Virus record (IMG/VR): IMGVR_UViG_3300031260_000061
Location: 1 to 36,110 of that record
Reading direction: 5' to 3' (one strand)
DNA from: a virus
Taxonomy: Duplodnaviria > Caudoviricetes
DNA length: 36,110 nucleotides
Position 1 is the first letter of the stretch, and every line of letters starts with the position of its first letter. Under the pieces are notes generated by a model. The model searched no databases. It saw only the letters and a list, made by a program, of their open reading frames with translations, and was not told the DNA's origin. Of the stretch, positions 6,408-15,936 are shown one piece after another. The position numbers were made by a program, and so were the translations under genes.

Positions 6408-6899
6408 ATGTCAAGATTAGGACAAATTTATCAGGCAGCAGAGCTGCCGGAGAACGACCGGAATTTTGACCCCATTCCTGCTGGATGGTACACCGTACAA
6501 GTAAAGGAATCGGAGCTCAAGGACAGCAAGAGTGGAGAGGGTCAATACATCAATATCCAATGGGAAGTCCAAGGGCCATCCTATGAAGGAAGAATCGTAT
6601 TTGACCGTATCAATATCCGCAACAACGGACCAAACAGAGAGACGGTAGAACGTATTGGTCTTTCCCAACTCAGGGAAATCATGACCGCTTGTGGTCTTCC
6701 GAAAGTTGAAGACACTGACGAGCTAATCGGATGCCGGTGTGAAATCAAGGTAGACATCGACAAGAAGCCGAGCCCTGGTTACGACCCCGGTAATATCGTC
6801 AAGAACTACCGAGCGCTCAAGGGTAGTCCTGCTCCTCAGGTGGTGTCAACGAAAGCTCCAGCCCCAGCGGCAGCTTCCACTCCTCCTTGGAAGCGTTGA
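6408..6899 (+). CDS. DUF669-like single-stranded DNA-binding protein
   Basis: FDPIPAGWY...GQYINIQWEV...YEGRIVFD, Pro/Ala tail ending PPWKR; next to Sak4. Confidence 0.75.
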   Translation: MSRLGQIYQAAELPENDRNFDPIPAGWYTVQVKESELKDSKSGEGQYINIQWEVQGPSYEGRIVFDRINIRNNGPNRETVERIGLSQLREIMTACGLPKVEDTDELIGCRCEIKVDIDKKPSPGYDPGNIVKNYRALKGSPAPQVVSTKAPAPAAASTPPWKR

Positions 6900-6979
6900 G
6901 CCGAAACCCCCTCTCCACTGAGGGGGTCCACCGGAGCTGCCCCACCGGTGCTGATGATGGCAGGGCAAGGAGCTATGAA

Positions 6980-7342
6980 ATGGAAAAACATGCAAGAATT
7001 GTTGTCTACTTCCCCGACGGTACCGCCCGTCAAGTGTTAGGATTGTCTGCTGCGGCAGAGAAAGCAGGACTCAGTGTTTCACGAGTGGGCACCCTTATCA
7101 GGACTGGCGGACATTCAAAGGCTGGATTCAGCTTTGCTTACGCTGATGATTATGAGCCAGAAATTAAGAAGAAGAAAACGTTCAAGCTAACCAATCGCAT
7201 TACCGGTGAAACAAGAACCATACACGGATATACAAAAGCAGCAGACAGCATCGGGTGTTCGCGTATGGCCCTTGTGTATGCAGTACGCCATGGACGCAAC
7301 ATAGGCAAATGGGAAGTGAGAGCAATAGGAGAGTTGAAGTAA
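6980..7342 (+). CDS. Small DNA-binding protein with two NUMOD1-like HTH repeats
   Basis: Two segments GLSAAAEKAGLSVSRVGTLIRTG and GYTKAADSIGCSRMALVYAVRHG; no nuclease domain. Confidence 0.55.
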   Translation: MEKHARIVVYFPDGTARQVLGLSAAAEKAGLSVSRVGTLIRTGGHSKAGFSFAYADDYEPEIKKKKTFKLTNRITGETRTIHGYTKAADSIGCSRMALVYAVRHGRNIGKWEVRAIGELK

Positions 7343-8370
7343 TGGCTACCATTCCAAAGAATCCTAATTTCGATATAGAGATGCTCGTAGACGCTTATCA
7401 TGAATCTCTCCAGGAGCGTCCACGCCCTTACATGGGAGTATCCATGCTAGGACACCACTGCGAGCGCTACATGTGGCTCATGTTCCACTGGGCAGTTATA
7501 GAGAAGTTCCCTGGGCGTATCCTCCGCCTATTTAGGCGAGGGCAAATGGAAGAGGAAACCATTGTAGCAGACCTCAGGGCAATTGGTTGCACGGTGGAAG
7601 AGTGTCTCGAAGATCAGAAGCTTCTCGATTTTGGCTGCCATGTTAAAGGACACCCAGACGGTATTGTTAAGGGTCTTCCTGAGGCTCCCAAGACATGGCA
7701 CATCCTGGAGGCAAAGACACACAATGCGCGCTCATTCGCCGAGCTCCAGGCAAAAGGAGTTATGAATGCAAAGCTGATGCACTATGTACAAATGCAGGTG
7801 TATATGAGTGGGCACCAGCTTGACAGGGCTTTGTATTACGCCGTTTGCAAGGACGATGATCATATTGAAGCAAAGCGTATAGAACTGGATAGAGAGTTGG
7901 CTCATTACTACATAGCGCGCGGGAAGCGGGTTGCTCTAGAATCCAGAATTCCTGCCCCTATTTCAACTGACCCTACCTGGTATCAGTGCCGATTCTGCCC
8001 TATGCATGATTTCTGTCATGTAAACCATAAGGTCAAAGAGATCAATTGCCGCACCTGTGCTCATTCTACTGCAAAGGAAGATGGTACATGGTTCTGCGAG
8101 CGATGGGGAGACACCATACCATTGGAGAATCAATACCAGGGCTGTGAGAGCCACGTGTTACACCCGGACCTTGTTCCTTATGAATTGGATATGAAGAGTG
8201 ACTTAGGAGGAGAGCATAGCGCTGTATACATCATTGACGGAAAGCCGGTGGTGAATGGCGAAGATGGATATTCAAGTAAGGAGATCATCGCAGGAGGACC
8301 CTTCGGTGATGCGATTATAGACATGGCCCGTAGGGTCTTCAATGGGAGAATCATCAATGAGAGTAATTAG
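7342..8370 (+). CDS. Cas4-like PD-(D/E)XK exonuclease
   Basis: GHPDG, LEAKT, QMQVYM motifs; one N-terminal Cys plus CRFCPMHDFC (Fe-S-type arrangement). Confidence 0.8.
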   Translation: MATIPKNPNFDIEMLVDAYHESLQERPRPYMGVSMLGHHCERYMWLMFHWAVIEKFPGRILRLFRRGQMEEETIVADLRAIGCTVEECLEDQKLLDFGCHVKGHPDGIVKGLPEAPKTWHILEAKTHNARSFAELQAKGVMNAKLMHYVQMQVYMSGHQLDRALYYAVCKDDDHIEAKRIELDRELAHYYIARGKRVALESRIPAPISTDPTWYQCRFCPMHDFCHVNHKVKEINCRTCAHSTAKEDGTWFCERWGDTIPLENQYQGCESHVLHPDLVPYELDMKSDLGGEHSAVYIIDGKPVVNGEDGYSSKEIIAGGPFGDAIIDMARRVFNGRIINESN

Positions 8371-8671
8371 AGGCGAATACAGGAAAGAGAGTATCCAGAT
8401 CATGGTAACAGAAATCAATGACGGATGGGCATGGACCGCAACAATTGTAGGCAAATACAACACCTACTCAACCAAGTTCTACGGTGGATTCAAGAGTGAG
8501 AAAGAAGCTGCCATGAACTTCAAGAAATTCATGAGTCAATTAATGGTTGGCTGTTACACCAGAGAAGGCTCTTCCGGGGTTAAGGAGCGTATGCAGACCT
8601 TGTTGGAAGAGTTGTACGCGGAGCCGAAAACGAAGGAGAAGACCACCGCCAAGGAGCAGGATGGTGAGTAA
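8357..8671 (+). CDS. Hypothetical protein
   Basis: ORF overlapping both neighbours in the operon. Confidence 0.6.
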   Translation: MRVIRGEYRKESIQIMVTEINDGWAWTATIVGKYNTYSTKFYGGFKSEKEAAMNFKKFMSQLMVGCYTREGSSGVKERMQTLLEELYAEPKTKEKTTAKEQDGE

Positions 8672-10343
8672 ACTTCGCTCTTACCAGAGGAAGAGTATCG
8701 ACCAGCTCTACCTATGGTTTCAGTACCATAAGGAAGGCAATCCCTGTATCGTTCTGCCTACAGGCTCAGGCAAGAGTCATGTCATCGCAGAACTATGCAG
8801 GGAAGCCGTACAGAGCTGGCCGGAGACTCGTATCCTATTACTTACCCACCAGAAGGAATTGATTGAGCAGGACGCCGAGAAACTGCTCATGCATTGGCCT
8901 TTTGCTCCGCTTGGTATCTACTCTGCTGGTATCGGGGTGAAGGAATTAGACAGGATCACCTTTGCCTCGATACAGAGCATCCATAGAAAAACCGAGAAGG
9001 TGGGACACATAGACCTGATTATCATTGACGAAGCACACCTGGTATCACACAAGGACCAGGGCATGTATCGCAAGTTCTTGAGCGCTTTATCTGAGATTAA
9101 TCCTGATCTACGTATTATTGGTCTCACTGCAACTCCGTACAGGATGGGGCATGGAATGATTACTGATGAGCCTGCCCTCTTTGACGATATCATAGAAGTA
9201 ACGAGTATTGCCCAGCTCCAAAGACAGGGCTATTTAGCAATCCTCAGAAGTAAATCTACCGTCAAGAAACTCAGCACAGAAGGTGTACACCTTCGGGGTG
9301 GAGAATATATCGAGAGCGAGCTACAGAAGGCTGTAGACAAGCAAGAGGACAGTGAGCTGGTAGTTGATGAGGTTATTGCCAGAGCAGGGGACAGGAAGGC
9401 TTGGCTGTTCTTCTGCACCGGTGTAGAACATGCTCAGCATATGCGAGATATCCTCATCGAGAGAGGCATTCCTGCCGCATGTGTGACCGGTGATACTCCT
9501 AAAGCTGAGCGCGAAGAGATCCTTGAGGATTTCAAGGCTGGAAGGATTAAGGCCCTTACCAATGCAAACGTGCTGACCACCGGATTTGATTATCCAGACA
9601 TTGACCTTATTGCAATGGTAAGACCTACCATGAGCCCCGGTCTCTATATACAGATGGCAGGCCGCGGGCTTCGCCTCAAGAGTCATGGCGGAGACTGTCT
9701 GGTGCTCGATTTTGCCGGTGTGATTGCACAGCACGGTCCTATTACACAGGTAAGACCCCCCAGGAAGAAGGGGCAGCGTGAAGGCGTAGCACCGAGCAAA
9801 GTATGTCCTGAGTGCGAAGAGATCATCGGAACGAGTGCAAAGACCTGTCCATGCTGTGGGTACGAATTCCCCAAAGAAGAGCATGGACCCGGCTACTACC
9901 TCCGTGACGACGATATATCCGGTCTTGAGAACATCATTATGAAAGTAAGCAGTTGGACGTGGGATGTGCATACCGGCAAGTCCAGCGGGAAGCAAAGCCT
10001 CAAGGTCTCTTATTATGGCGCACTCAGTGACCCGGTTGTCCAGGAATATCTCGTGGTATTTCATCCCGGTTACCCCGGTGAGTGGGCCATGGGGCAGCTC
10101 AGGGAGATCGCTGAGCAAGCAGGGGTGGATATCATGCAGCAAAACACCCCGGTTGACCTTTGCATGTCAATGCAAAAAGGGCGGCCACCAACGGAAATCG
10201 AATACAGAAAGAACGGTAAGTTTTACCGCGTCAAGCAAAGGATTTGGAAGGAGTTAGAAGATGATGGAATTAACAAGAGCGAACGTAACTATGGTACGGA
10301 TGAAATCCTCGATGGAATTAGTGCTGGCCCATTCTTCTTATGA
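8661..10343 (+). CDS. SF2 DEAH helicase with C-terminal zinc ribbon (RadD/YejH-like)
   Basis: LPTGSGKS, IIDEAH, GLTATP, QMAGRGLR, CPEC..CPCC; RBS aaggag before ATG 8661. Confidence 0.92.
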   Translation: MVSKLRSYQRKSIDQLYLWFQYHKEGNPCIVLPTGSGKSHVIAELCREAVQSWPETRILLLTHQKELIEQDAEKLLMHWPFAPLGIYSAGIGVKELDRITFASIQSIHRKTEKVGHIDLIIIDEAHLVSHKDQGMYRKFLSALSEINPDLRIIGLTATPYRMGHGMITDEPALFDDIIEVTSIAQLQRQGYLAILRSKSTVKKLSTEGVHLRGGEYIESELQKAVDKQEDSELVVDEVIARAGDRKAWLFFCTGVEHAQHMRDILIERGIPAACVTGDTPKAEREEILEDFKAGRIKALTNANVLTTGFDYPDIDLIAMVRPTMSPGLYIQMAGRGLRLKSHGGDCLVLDFAGVIAQHGPITQVRPPRKKGQREGVAPSKVCPECEEIIGTSAKTCPCCGYEFPKEEHGPGYYLRDDDISGLENIIMKVSSWTWDVHTGKSSGKQSLKVSYYGALSDPVVQEYLVVFHPGYPGEWAMGQLREIAEQAGVDIMQQNTPVDLCMSMQKGRPPTEIEYRKNGKFYRVKQRIWKELEDDGINKSERNYGTDEILDGISAGPFFL

Positions 10344-10896
10344 TGGAGATATGACGGTATCTGTTGGACTCTCCAGCAAAGAGTCAACAGAGATGCTTAA
10401 CGCATTCAGTACTCTTGTACCGCTATTCAGGAGAGCTACAGGATTCGAGGGTATAGATAACGTGCTCCTGGTATGTAATGGCATAGAGGTAAGAATGGGG
10501 AATGACGGTACCTGGAGAAGACTTTCCGGTGAGATTAGTGGATGGAAAAAAGGGTCCACCTATTCTCAGATCACTCACAAAATCAAAGGTGACAAGATGA
10601 TGCTTGTGGATAGCAAGATGGTAAAGGTCTTGCATAGCGACGATATCACCGAGGATGAGATAGCGCTGATCTCCAAGCTCATAGATCGATCAGTGGCAAT
10701 CGTAAAGAAGGCTATGAACACCGGCAAACAGCAAGAGTTATTTGATGCTGCTGTAGGCATTGCGGATGGTCTTAAGGAAATGTGTGATAAGAACAATGGC
10801 GAGATGTATATCGATGGTAAGAAGGTGTATAGCGGCACTGATCAGGGTGAGATCATAAATCTCTACGAGGATAGCAAGGATGAAGAGGGTGATTAA
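10261..10896 (+). CDS. Hypothetical protein
   Basis: 211-aa ORF with upstream ggag; overlaps the helicase end by ~80 nt. Confidence 0.65.
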   Translation: MMELTRANVTMVRMKSSMELVLAHSSYDGDMTVSVGLSSKESTEMLNAFSTLVPLFRRATGFEGIDNVLLVCNGIEVRMGNDGTWRRLSGEISGWKKGSTYSQITHKIKGDKMMLVDSKMVKVLHSDDITEDEIALISKLIDRSVAIVKKAMNTGKQQELFDAAVGIADGLKEMCDKNNGEMYIDGKKVYSGTDQGEIINLYEDSKDEEGD

Positions 10897-11008
10897 ATCA
10901 ATACTATTTGTATCCAGCATGGCATTGAGCGCTTGGCTGGGAATTGTTGCTGTAGTAGTGCTCAGCATCGTATGGGGAGTATGGGAGATGAGTCATGGAA
11001 CGAAGTAA
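10889..11008 (+). CDS. 39-aa single-TM membrane peptide (not in ORF track)
   Basis: GTG start: MIKSILFVSSMALSAWLGIVAVVVLSIVWGVWEMSHGTK; fills the gap and overlaps both neighbours. Confidence 0.5.
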   Translation: MIKSILFVSSMALSAWLGIVAVVVLSIVWGVWEMSHGTK

Positions 11009-11264
11009 AGAAAGGATAGAGGCTGATGTGGCAATATTTGCCGATGCTATGAAACAGAAGCTTGGTGAAAATGAGCACAAGGGTTACTGGGACAAATTAA
11101 CCCTGCTGGAGCTATTGTACCTGCTATCCAATGAGGTTGAGGAGTTGACTGACGCAATCCTTGTTAAGGACGAAACGGAGGTCATGAGAGAGGCAGCAGA
11201 CGTCGGCAATTTTGCCATGATGATCTGCACGAACGCAAGCAGACAAAAGGAGTTAGAGAGATGA
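10995..11264 (+). CDS. MazG-like all-alpha nucleotide pyrophosphohydrolase-fold protein
   Basis: NEVEEL...REAADVGNFAMMI matches the ExxE...ExxD metal-binding pattern. Confidence 0.55.
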   Translation: MERSKERIEADVAIFADAMKQKLGENEHKGYWDKLTLLELLYLLSNEVEELTDAILVKDETEVMREAADVGNFAMMICTNASRQKELER

Positions 11265-11920
11265 GTGATATTGCAAAAGCACTGGAAGGGATGATTGGAG
11301 ACTTGAATGAATTAAAGAAGGCCACATGGTATACAAACGGATATCTCATGCATGGAAGTACATGCGATTCAAGCAGCAGAGCAGGAAGCCGCATGTATTG
11401 GGTTAAGGTTGCCCTAGATACCCAGGAAGTAAAGAAAGCGGTGCTAGCTAAAGCGGTAGAGCTTTGTGAAGCAGCCGTATCTCAAGAGATCACCGAGATT
11501 CAGGAAGTATTCAAGAAGGGCGGGATTGTAAAACCTCCTGAGAGCGGAGTAATTGTAGCTAATGAACCGGCGCAGACTCCAAAGAAAAAGCGCGGCAGAC
11601 CACCTAAGGTAAAGACAGAAGGGACTCCCAAGAAGAAGGCTGGCAGACCCAAGAAAGTAGTGGAAATAAGCCCACTTACTGTGGGAGAGGAGAAAGAGGC
11701 CTCCGCCCCAAAATCGGCTAAAATCGCAGGTGCAATCGTTCAATCAAAGGAAGAGGCTCCGCCGGTAACAGTAGAGGCTCTCACCTATCATGAGCCCTGT
11801 AAGACGTGCAGGAAGAGCCGCAAGAACGCAGAGGGAGAATATCCAGTATGTGATACTCCGGCGTTCGATACAGGCCCCTCAGGGATAGAGACGTGCTTAC
11901 TCTGGTGGGAAAGGAGGTAG
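11261..11920 (+). CDS. Hypothetical protein with two AT-hook-like motifs and a C-terminal 4-Cys cluster
   Basis: KKKRGRPPK and KKAGRPKK; CKTC...C...C. Confidence 0.65.
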   Translation: MSDIAKALEGMIGDLNELKKATWYTNGYLMHGSTCDSSSRAGSRMYWVKVALDTQEVKKAVLAKAVELCEAAVSQEITEIQEVFKKGGIVKPPESGVIVANEPAQTPKKKRGRPPKVKTEGTPKKKAGRPKKVVEISPLTVGEEKEASAPKSAKIAGAIVQSKEEAPPVTVEALTYHEPCKTCRKSRKNAEGEYPVCDTPAFDTGPSGIETCLLWWERR

Positions 11921-11922
11921 TG

Positions 11923-12444
11923 ATGCTTACAATTGATAGAACACCAATGATGCTTAAATTTGAAAGAGAGACAGGTGGATCAGCTACGTATTTTGATTAC
12001 GACGATTTGCTCCAGATGGAAGTCGAGAATAAAACTCAAGCATACATTAATTGGCTTGAGAAGATAGCGAAATCAACAGAACTTAAAGAATGTCCCAGTT
12101 GCGGAGCTGAGGTGATACCGAATCCCTACTGCCATGATCTAGAACAGCGGATTGAGTTGTTGGAGATGCAGCTAGAAGAGGTACAAGCCAAAGCCACCGC
12201 CTATGACAGGCTGATGAGTGGTGGGAAGAAAACTCCGAAGGAAGTGGCAAATTTTCTTGGTCTTATTGTAGCACAAGACCAGAACAAAAGTTGGTGTGCG
12301 TACATCAAAAATCCAGTGCTTGCTGAAGAAGCAGGATACTGGATGCCAACTGAGGGTAGTTTTGGGATTCTCCCTATCGAATCAGACTACTCCGGCGATT
12401 GGAAAGACTCACTCACCCTGCCAGACGGATGGGAGGCAGACTGA
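11923..12444 (+). CDS. Hypothetical protein
   Basis: RBS aaggagg before ATG 11923; LKECPSCG motif followed by a coiled coil. Confidence 0.65.
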   Translation: MLTIDRTPMMLKFERETGGSATYFDYDDLLQMEVENKTQAYINWLEKIAKSTELKECPSCGAEVIPNPYCHDLEQRIELLEMQLEEVQAKATAYDRLMSGGKKTPKEVANFLGLIVAQDQNKSWCAYIKNPVLAEEAGYWMPTEGSFGILPIESDYSGDWKDSLTLPDGWEAD

Positions 12445-12782
12445 TGCCACCAGATAATATCCTGATAGAAGCAAAGACATTCCATGATGATGCACATAGG
12501 GCAGAGATAATGATCATACAGGTTGACGGTGGTTATACCATCCATCATCACTATAGAAACGGTCATTATGAGTATTTTTGCATCTTCAAGGAATGGTACG
12601 ACTATTACATCTTCAAGACCAAAGAAGAAGCACTACAGAAAGTTATAGAAGAGATAGCTTATCATACTAAGAATTGCCTGGATAAAAGCACATCTATAAG
12701 TAATACCTGCAAATACACCCAGCAAATGTATGGCGAGCTCATGGAACAACTAACAGGCCCAAAACAACTCTCTCTGTTTTGA
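12444..12782 (+). CDS. Hypothetical protein ending in QLSLF (beta-clamp-binding-like motif)
   Basis: TGATG coupling, RBS ggagg; C-terminus KQLSLF. Confidence 0.6.
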   Translation: MPPDNILIEAKTFHDDAHRAEIMIIQVDGGYTIHHHYRNGHYEYFCIFKEWYDYYIFKTKEEALQKVIEEIAYHTKNCLDKSTSISNTCKYTQQMYGELMEQLTGPKQLSLF

Positions 12783-12810
12783 TATCATACCGAAAAAGGA
12801 GCAATAAACT

Positions 12811-12966
12811 ATGCAAGAACCACGCTGTTGCGAAACCTGCATACATCACAAGGACAATTACTGTGATCAATTTGATACGGTTATTCCGTCAGATTTTTAC
12901 AGCTTGCCAGACGCTTGTGATTCATATGAACATGAGCTCATCCCATTCACCGAACCGGAGGAGTAA
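12811..12966 (+). CDS. 51-aa Cys-rich zinc-binding protein (not in ORF track)
   Basis: RBS aaggag; MQEPRCCETCIHHKDNYCDQFDTVIPSDFYSLPDACDSYEHELIPFTEPEE; ends 3 nt before the primase start. Confidence 0.6.
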   Translation: MQEPRCCETCIHHKDNYCDQFDTVIPSDFYSLPDACDSYEHELIPFTEPEE

Positions 12967-12969
12967 CTA

Positions 12970-14973
12970 ATGGGCAACTTATCTCATCTATGGATGAATT
13001 ATCCAGAGACGCCACCATCCCCTGAGGACCAACTGATCAAGGCTATGAGCGAGGCGGGAATCACCCCGCCTCCTTCCATCCTCTTCGACGGAGAGCTGCA
13101 CCGCTTCCCTACCAGCGATAGGCCAGACGATGATGCCGGTTGGTACGTTGCTTACGGTGACGGGGTGCCAGCGGGCCAATTCGGGGACTGGAGAGCTGGT
13201 ATCACACAAACATTCAGGGCTGATATTGGCCGGCCATTATCCATGATCGAAAACGCAGCAATCATGGCAAGACTTGAAGAGGCGAAGAAGCAGCGTGAAG
13301 CCGAACGTAAAGCACGGGCAGAGCGGGCAAAAGACTCCATAGAATACATCTGGGAACATACAGAGACCGCTCCATTCAACCATCCTTACCTGGAGAGTAA
13401 AGGAGTACAACCGCATGACATCCATGTAACCGGAGATGGACGCCTGATGGTCCCTATTTTCTCCAGAGAAGCAGAGCTGGTAAATCTCCAGTACATCACA
13501 CCGGAAGGCAAGAAGCGCTTCCATAAGGACGCCGACATCAAGGGTTGTTTTGGTATGCTCGGAGACCCAGGGGAAGTGTTGTACGTTGCTGAAGGCTTCG
13601 CCACCGCGGCGACCATCTATGAGGCTACACAGACATCCACAGTGATTGCATTCAGTGCAGGAAACCTTGAACCGGTACTCTCCTCCATTCGCTCTTTTCT
13701 TCCCCATGCACGAATCACTATCGTAGCGGATAACGACAAACCTCACCCGAAGACCGGAGAGAATACCGGCCTTGTGGCAGCTAAGAAGGCAGCAGAAAAG
13801 CATGGTGCAACCGTTGTTTATCCACCGGATGAAGGAACCGATGTAAATGATTACCATCAAGGAGGTGGGGATCTCTTAGCGTTACTTAAGCCGAACACCA
13901 CAAGCTGGTTGGAATCAGGAACAGACCTGATAGCAAAACCGGCACCACTCTCCTGGTTGGTGAAGCATTGGCTCCAGGCAAAAGCTACAGTCATGCTCTT
14001 CGGTCCCAGTGGATGCGGCAAGACCTTTGTCGCACTTGACTGGTTACTCCGTATCGCCACTGGCACTGATGAATGGATGAACCATAATGTACGGGGTGGT
14101 GATGTGGTATATCTATGTGGAGAAGGCCACCACGGGCTACGTGCTCGCATGGCTGCATGGTCACAGGCAAACCACAAGAAGGATCTCTCTCACTTCCTGG
14201 TATCGCGGTCCGCTGCTGACATAGACAAGCCAGAGGGTTTACGTCTGGTTATACAGAGCATCAGGGAAGCCGGGGTGATACCATCAGTCATTGCAGTTGA
14301 CACCCTCAACCGCTTCCTCTCAGGAGATGAGAACTCCGCCCAGGATACAAAAGTATTCCTAGACTCGTGTGCAGCACTCCAGGAAGAATTTGACTGTACC
14401 GTCCTCATCATCCATCACACCGGTGTAGCACAGGAAGCTCAAGGACGTGCTAGGGGAAGCTCTGCATGGAAAGGGGCGCTCGACGCTGAGATACAGGTCG
14501 AGAAGGGTAATAATGGCATCGCACTCAAGCAGACCAAGATGAAGGATTCTGAGGTTGCTGAGCCGGTCTATGTGCGTCTCTCAGGCGTTACGCTGGACGG
14601 ATGGTTGGATGAGGACGGGGACGCTGTCACGAGCGCTGTAGTGGTCGAAGGAGAGGCACCTGAACCGGACCTTGGGAAGGATGAGCAATGCCTCATGGAC
14701 GCATGGCTTGAGGGTGGCATTGTCAATGCAGAAGGGGACTGTTTTATAGGTTGGACCGCTTGGAGGGATTACCTGGTTGGTAAGGGAATGAGTAATGATG
14801 CAGCCAAGAAAGCATTGCAAAATGGTACCAACAGAATGGTCGGAAGACTCCTTGAAGGCGGCACAATCAAGGCAGTTGACGGTGGTTATATTGTGCTAGT
14901 TGGTCCGATTGTCAGTAAGCTGAAAATGCTCAGAAAGCACGAAAAATCACAAGAGGGGACACAGGGGACATAG
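12970..14973 (+). CDS. Toprim primase fused to RepA/AAA_25-type helicase
   Basis: Toprim YVAEGFATA, VADND, DVND; Walker A GPSGCGKT, IAVDTL, IIHHTG, ARGSSA. Confidence 0.88.
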   Translation: MGNLSHLWMNYPETPPSPEDQLIKAMSEAGITPPPSILFDGELHRFPTSDRPDDDAGWYVAYGDGVPAGQFGDWRAGITQTFRADIGRPLSMIENAAIMARLEEAKKQREAERKARAERAKDSIEYIWEHTETAPFNHPYLESKGVQPHDIHVTGDGRLMVPIFSREAELVNLQYITPEGKKRFHKDADIKGCFGMLGDPGEVLYVAEGFATAATIYEATQTSTVIAFSAGNLEPVLSSIRSFLPHARITIVADNDKPHPKTGENTGLVAAKKAAEKHGATVVYPPDEGTDVNDYHQGGGDLLALLKPNTTSWLESGTDLIAKPAPLSWLVKHWLQAKATVMLFGPSGCGKTFVALDWLLRIATGTDEWMNHNVRGGDVVYLCGEGHHGLRARMAAWSQANHKKDLSHFLVSRSAADIDKPEGLRLVIQSIREAGVIPSVIAVDTLNRFLSGDENSAQDTKVFLDSCAALQEEFDCTVLIIHHTGVAQEAQGRARGSSAWKGALDAEIQVEKGNNGIALKQTKMKDSEVAEPVYVRLSGVTLDGWLDEDGDAVTSAVVVEGEAPEPDLGKDEQCLMDAWLEGGIVNAEGDCFIGWTAWRDYLVGKGMSNDAAKKALQNGTNRMVGRLLEGGTIKAVDGGYIVLVGPIVSKLKMLRKHEKSQEGTQGT

Positions 14974-15067
14974 AGGGGACATTATTGTGTCCCCTCACTG
15001 GGCAAGGCAGTCAGGATAGGGGACACACGGGAGGGTTATAGTATATACTATACCCTCCGTGTCCCCT
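14954..15067. repeat. Putative replication origin: AGGGGACA iterons plus long inverted repeat
   Basis: AGGGGACA at 14954, 14963, 14974, 15018; inverted copies at 14988 and 15060; central palindrome TATAGTATATACTATA (15037-15052); AT-rich tract downstream. Confidence 0.7.
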
Positions 15068-15130
15068 CTGAGCTGCGGGGGTAATTTTTAAGAATTTGAA
15101 GATAGCTAAAAAAGCAAAACGGAGGACATA

Positions 15131-15454
15131 ATGATTAATGAAAAATTAGTGTCGGTAACGGTGAAGAAATATGACATGATAAAATTGTACAGAGAAATAT
15201 GTGCTATTGAAGCAAGGTATGAAAAAACAGGTTTGATTGTTTGTTGGAGAGTATATGTGTGTGATGCTATCAATGGTTGGATGAGTATAAAACTGCACAC
15301 AAACAACCAAAGATTACGCAAGCGAAACTTTTATCTTGGATACAGCCTAGATCAGAAACGATTTTCCAAAAGCAGTGAGACAGATAAACTTTCTCTTTAC
15401 CCGGACCTTTTACAAAAACTTACCGAAGTGATTGAGGAGTACATTCATGCCTAA
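15131..15454 (+). CDS. AT-rich hypothetical protein
   Basis: RBS ggagg; visibly lower GC than its flanks. Confidence 0.6.
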   Translation: MINEKLVSVTVKKYDMIKLYREICAIEARYEKTGLIVCWRVYVCDAINGWMSIKLHTNNQRLRKRNFYLGYSLDQKRFSKSSETDKLSLYPDLLQKLTEVIEEYIHA

Positions 15455-15866
15455 AAAGACAAACCCTCTTGAAGACAAGATACAGGCTGACATCGTAGCA
15501 TATCTCCAGAGCCTTCACATCTTCCGTCACTCGGTGCCGAACGAGGCGGCGGGCAATAATGCCGTCAAGACGATGCAGCTTATCTCAACAGGACTTTGGG
15601 CAGGGGTAGGTGATCTGATCGTCTGGTGGCCGAAGGATTCCAGCTACCTGGAAGCGGAACCGGTGGATATCAATTCCATTCTTCCAACCTACCCGGTGGA
15701 GCTGGGATACGTTGAGGTCAAAAGACCGGTTGTAGGTAAGCAGTCAAAGAGGCAGGAATCATTTGAGCGACGGTGTAAGCGCAACGGCGTTCCTTACCTG
15801 CTTGCTTACGGGGTTGATGATATCAAGGCTGAGTTGATAAGACGAAAGCTAATTACTGTATCATAG
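15447..15866 (+). CDS. VRR-NUC domain nuclease (Holliday junction resolvase-like)
   Basis: EDKIQADI, GLWAGVGDL, YVEVKRP..GKQSKRQ motifs. Confidence 0.8.
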   Translation: MPKKTNPLEDKIQADIVAYLQSLHIFRHSVPNEAAGNNAVKTMQLISTGLWAGVGDLIVWWPKDSSYLEAEPVDINSILPTYPVELGYVEVKRPVVGKQSKRQESFERRCKRNGVPYLLAYGVDDIKAELIRRKLITVS

Positions 15867-15912
15867 AGTATCAGTTAGTGACTTGGCGTATCAGTTAGTA
15901 TCTGGATGTATC
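15858..15912 (+). repeat. GTATC array phased at 10 bp upstream of the late promoter
   Basis: GTATC at 15858, 15868, 15888, 15898, 15908 (GTGAC at 15878). Confidence 0.8.
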
Positions 15913-15936
15913 TATTTATATAATATAGCTTTATAA

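Noticed and set aside
7342-8370. CRISPR-Cas adaptation gene (cas4)
   Set aside because: No CRISPR array or cas1/cas2 is seen; it sits in a Sak4-SSB-helicase module where Cas4-like exonucleases are routine.
9321-10142. Long antisense ORFs (also 13237-13860 and 21631-22464)
   Set aside because: They shadow well-supported plus-strand genes, have no motifs and oppose the operon direction.
12779-12970. 63-aa ORF from the track
   Set aside because: The overlapping frame 12811-12966 has an ATG, a good RBS and a coherent Cys motif, so it is the better gene.
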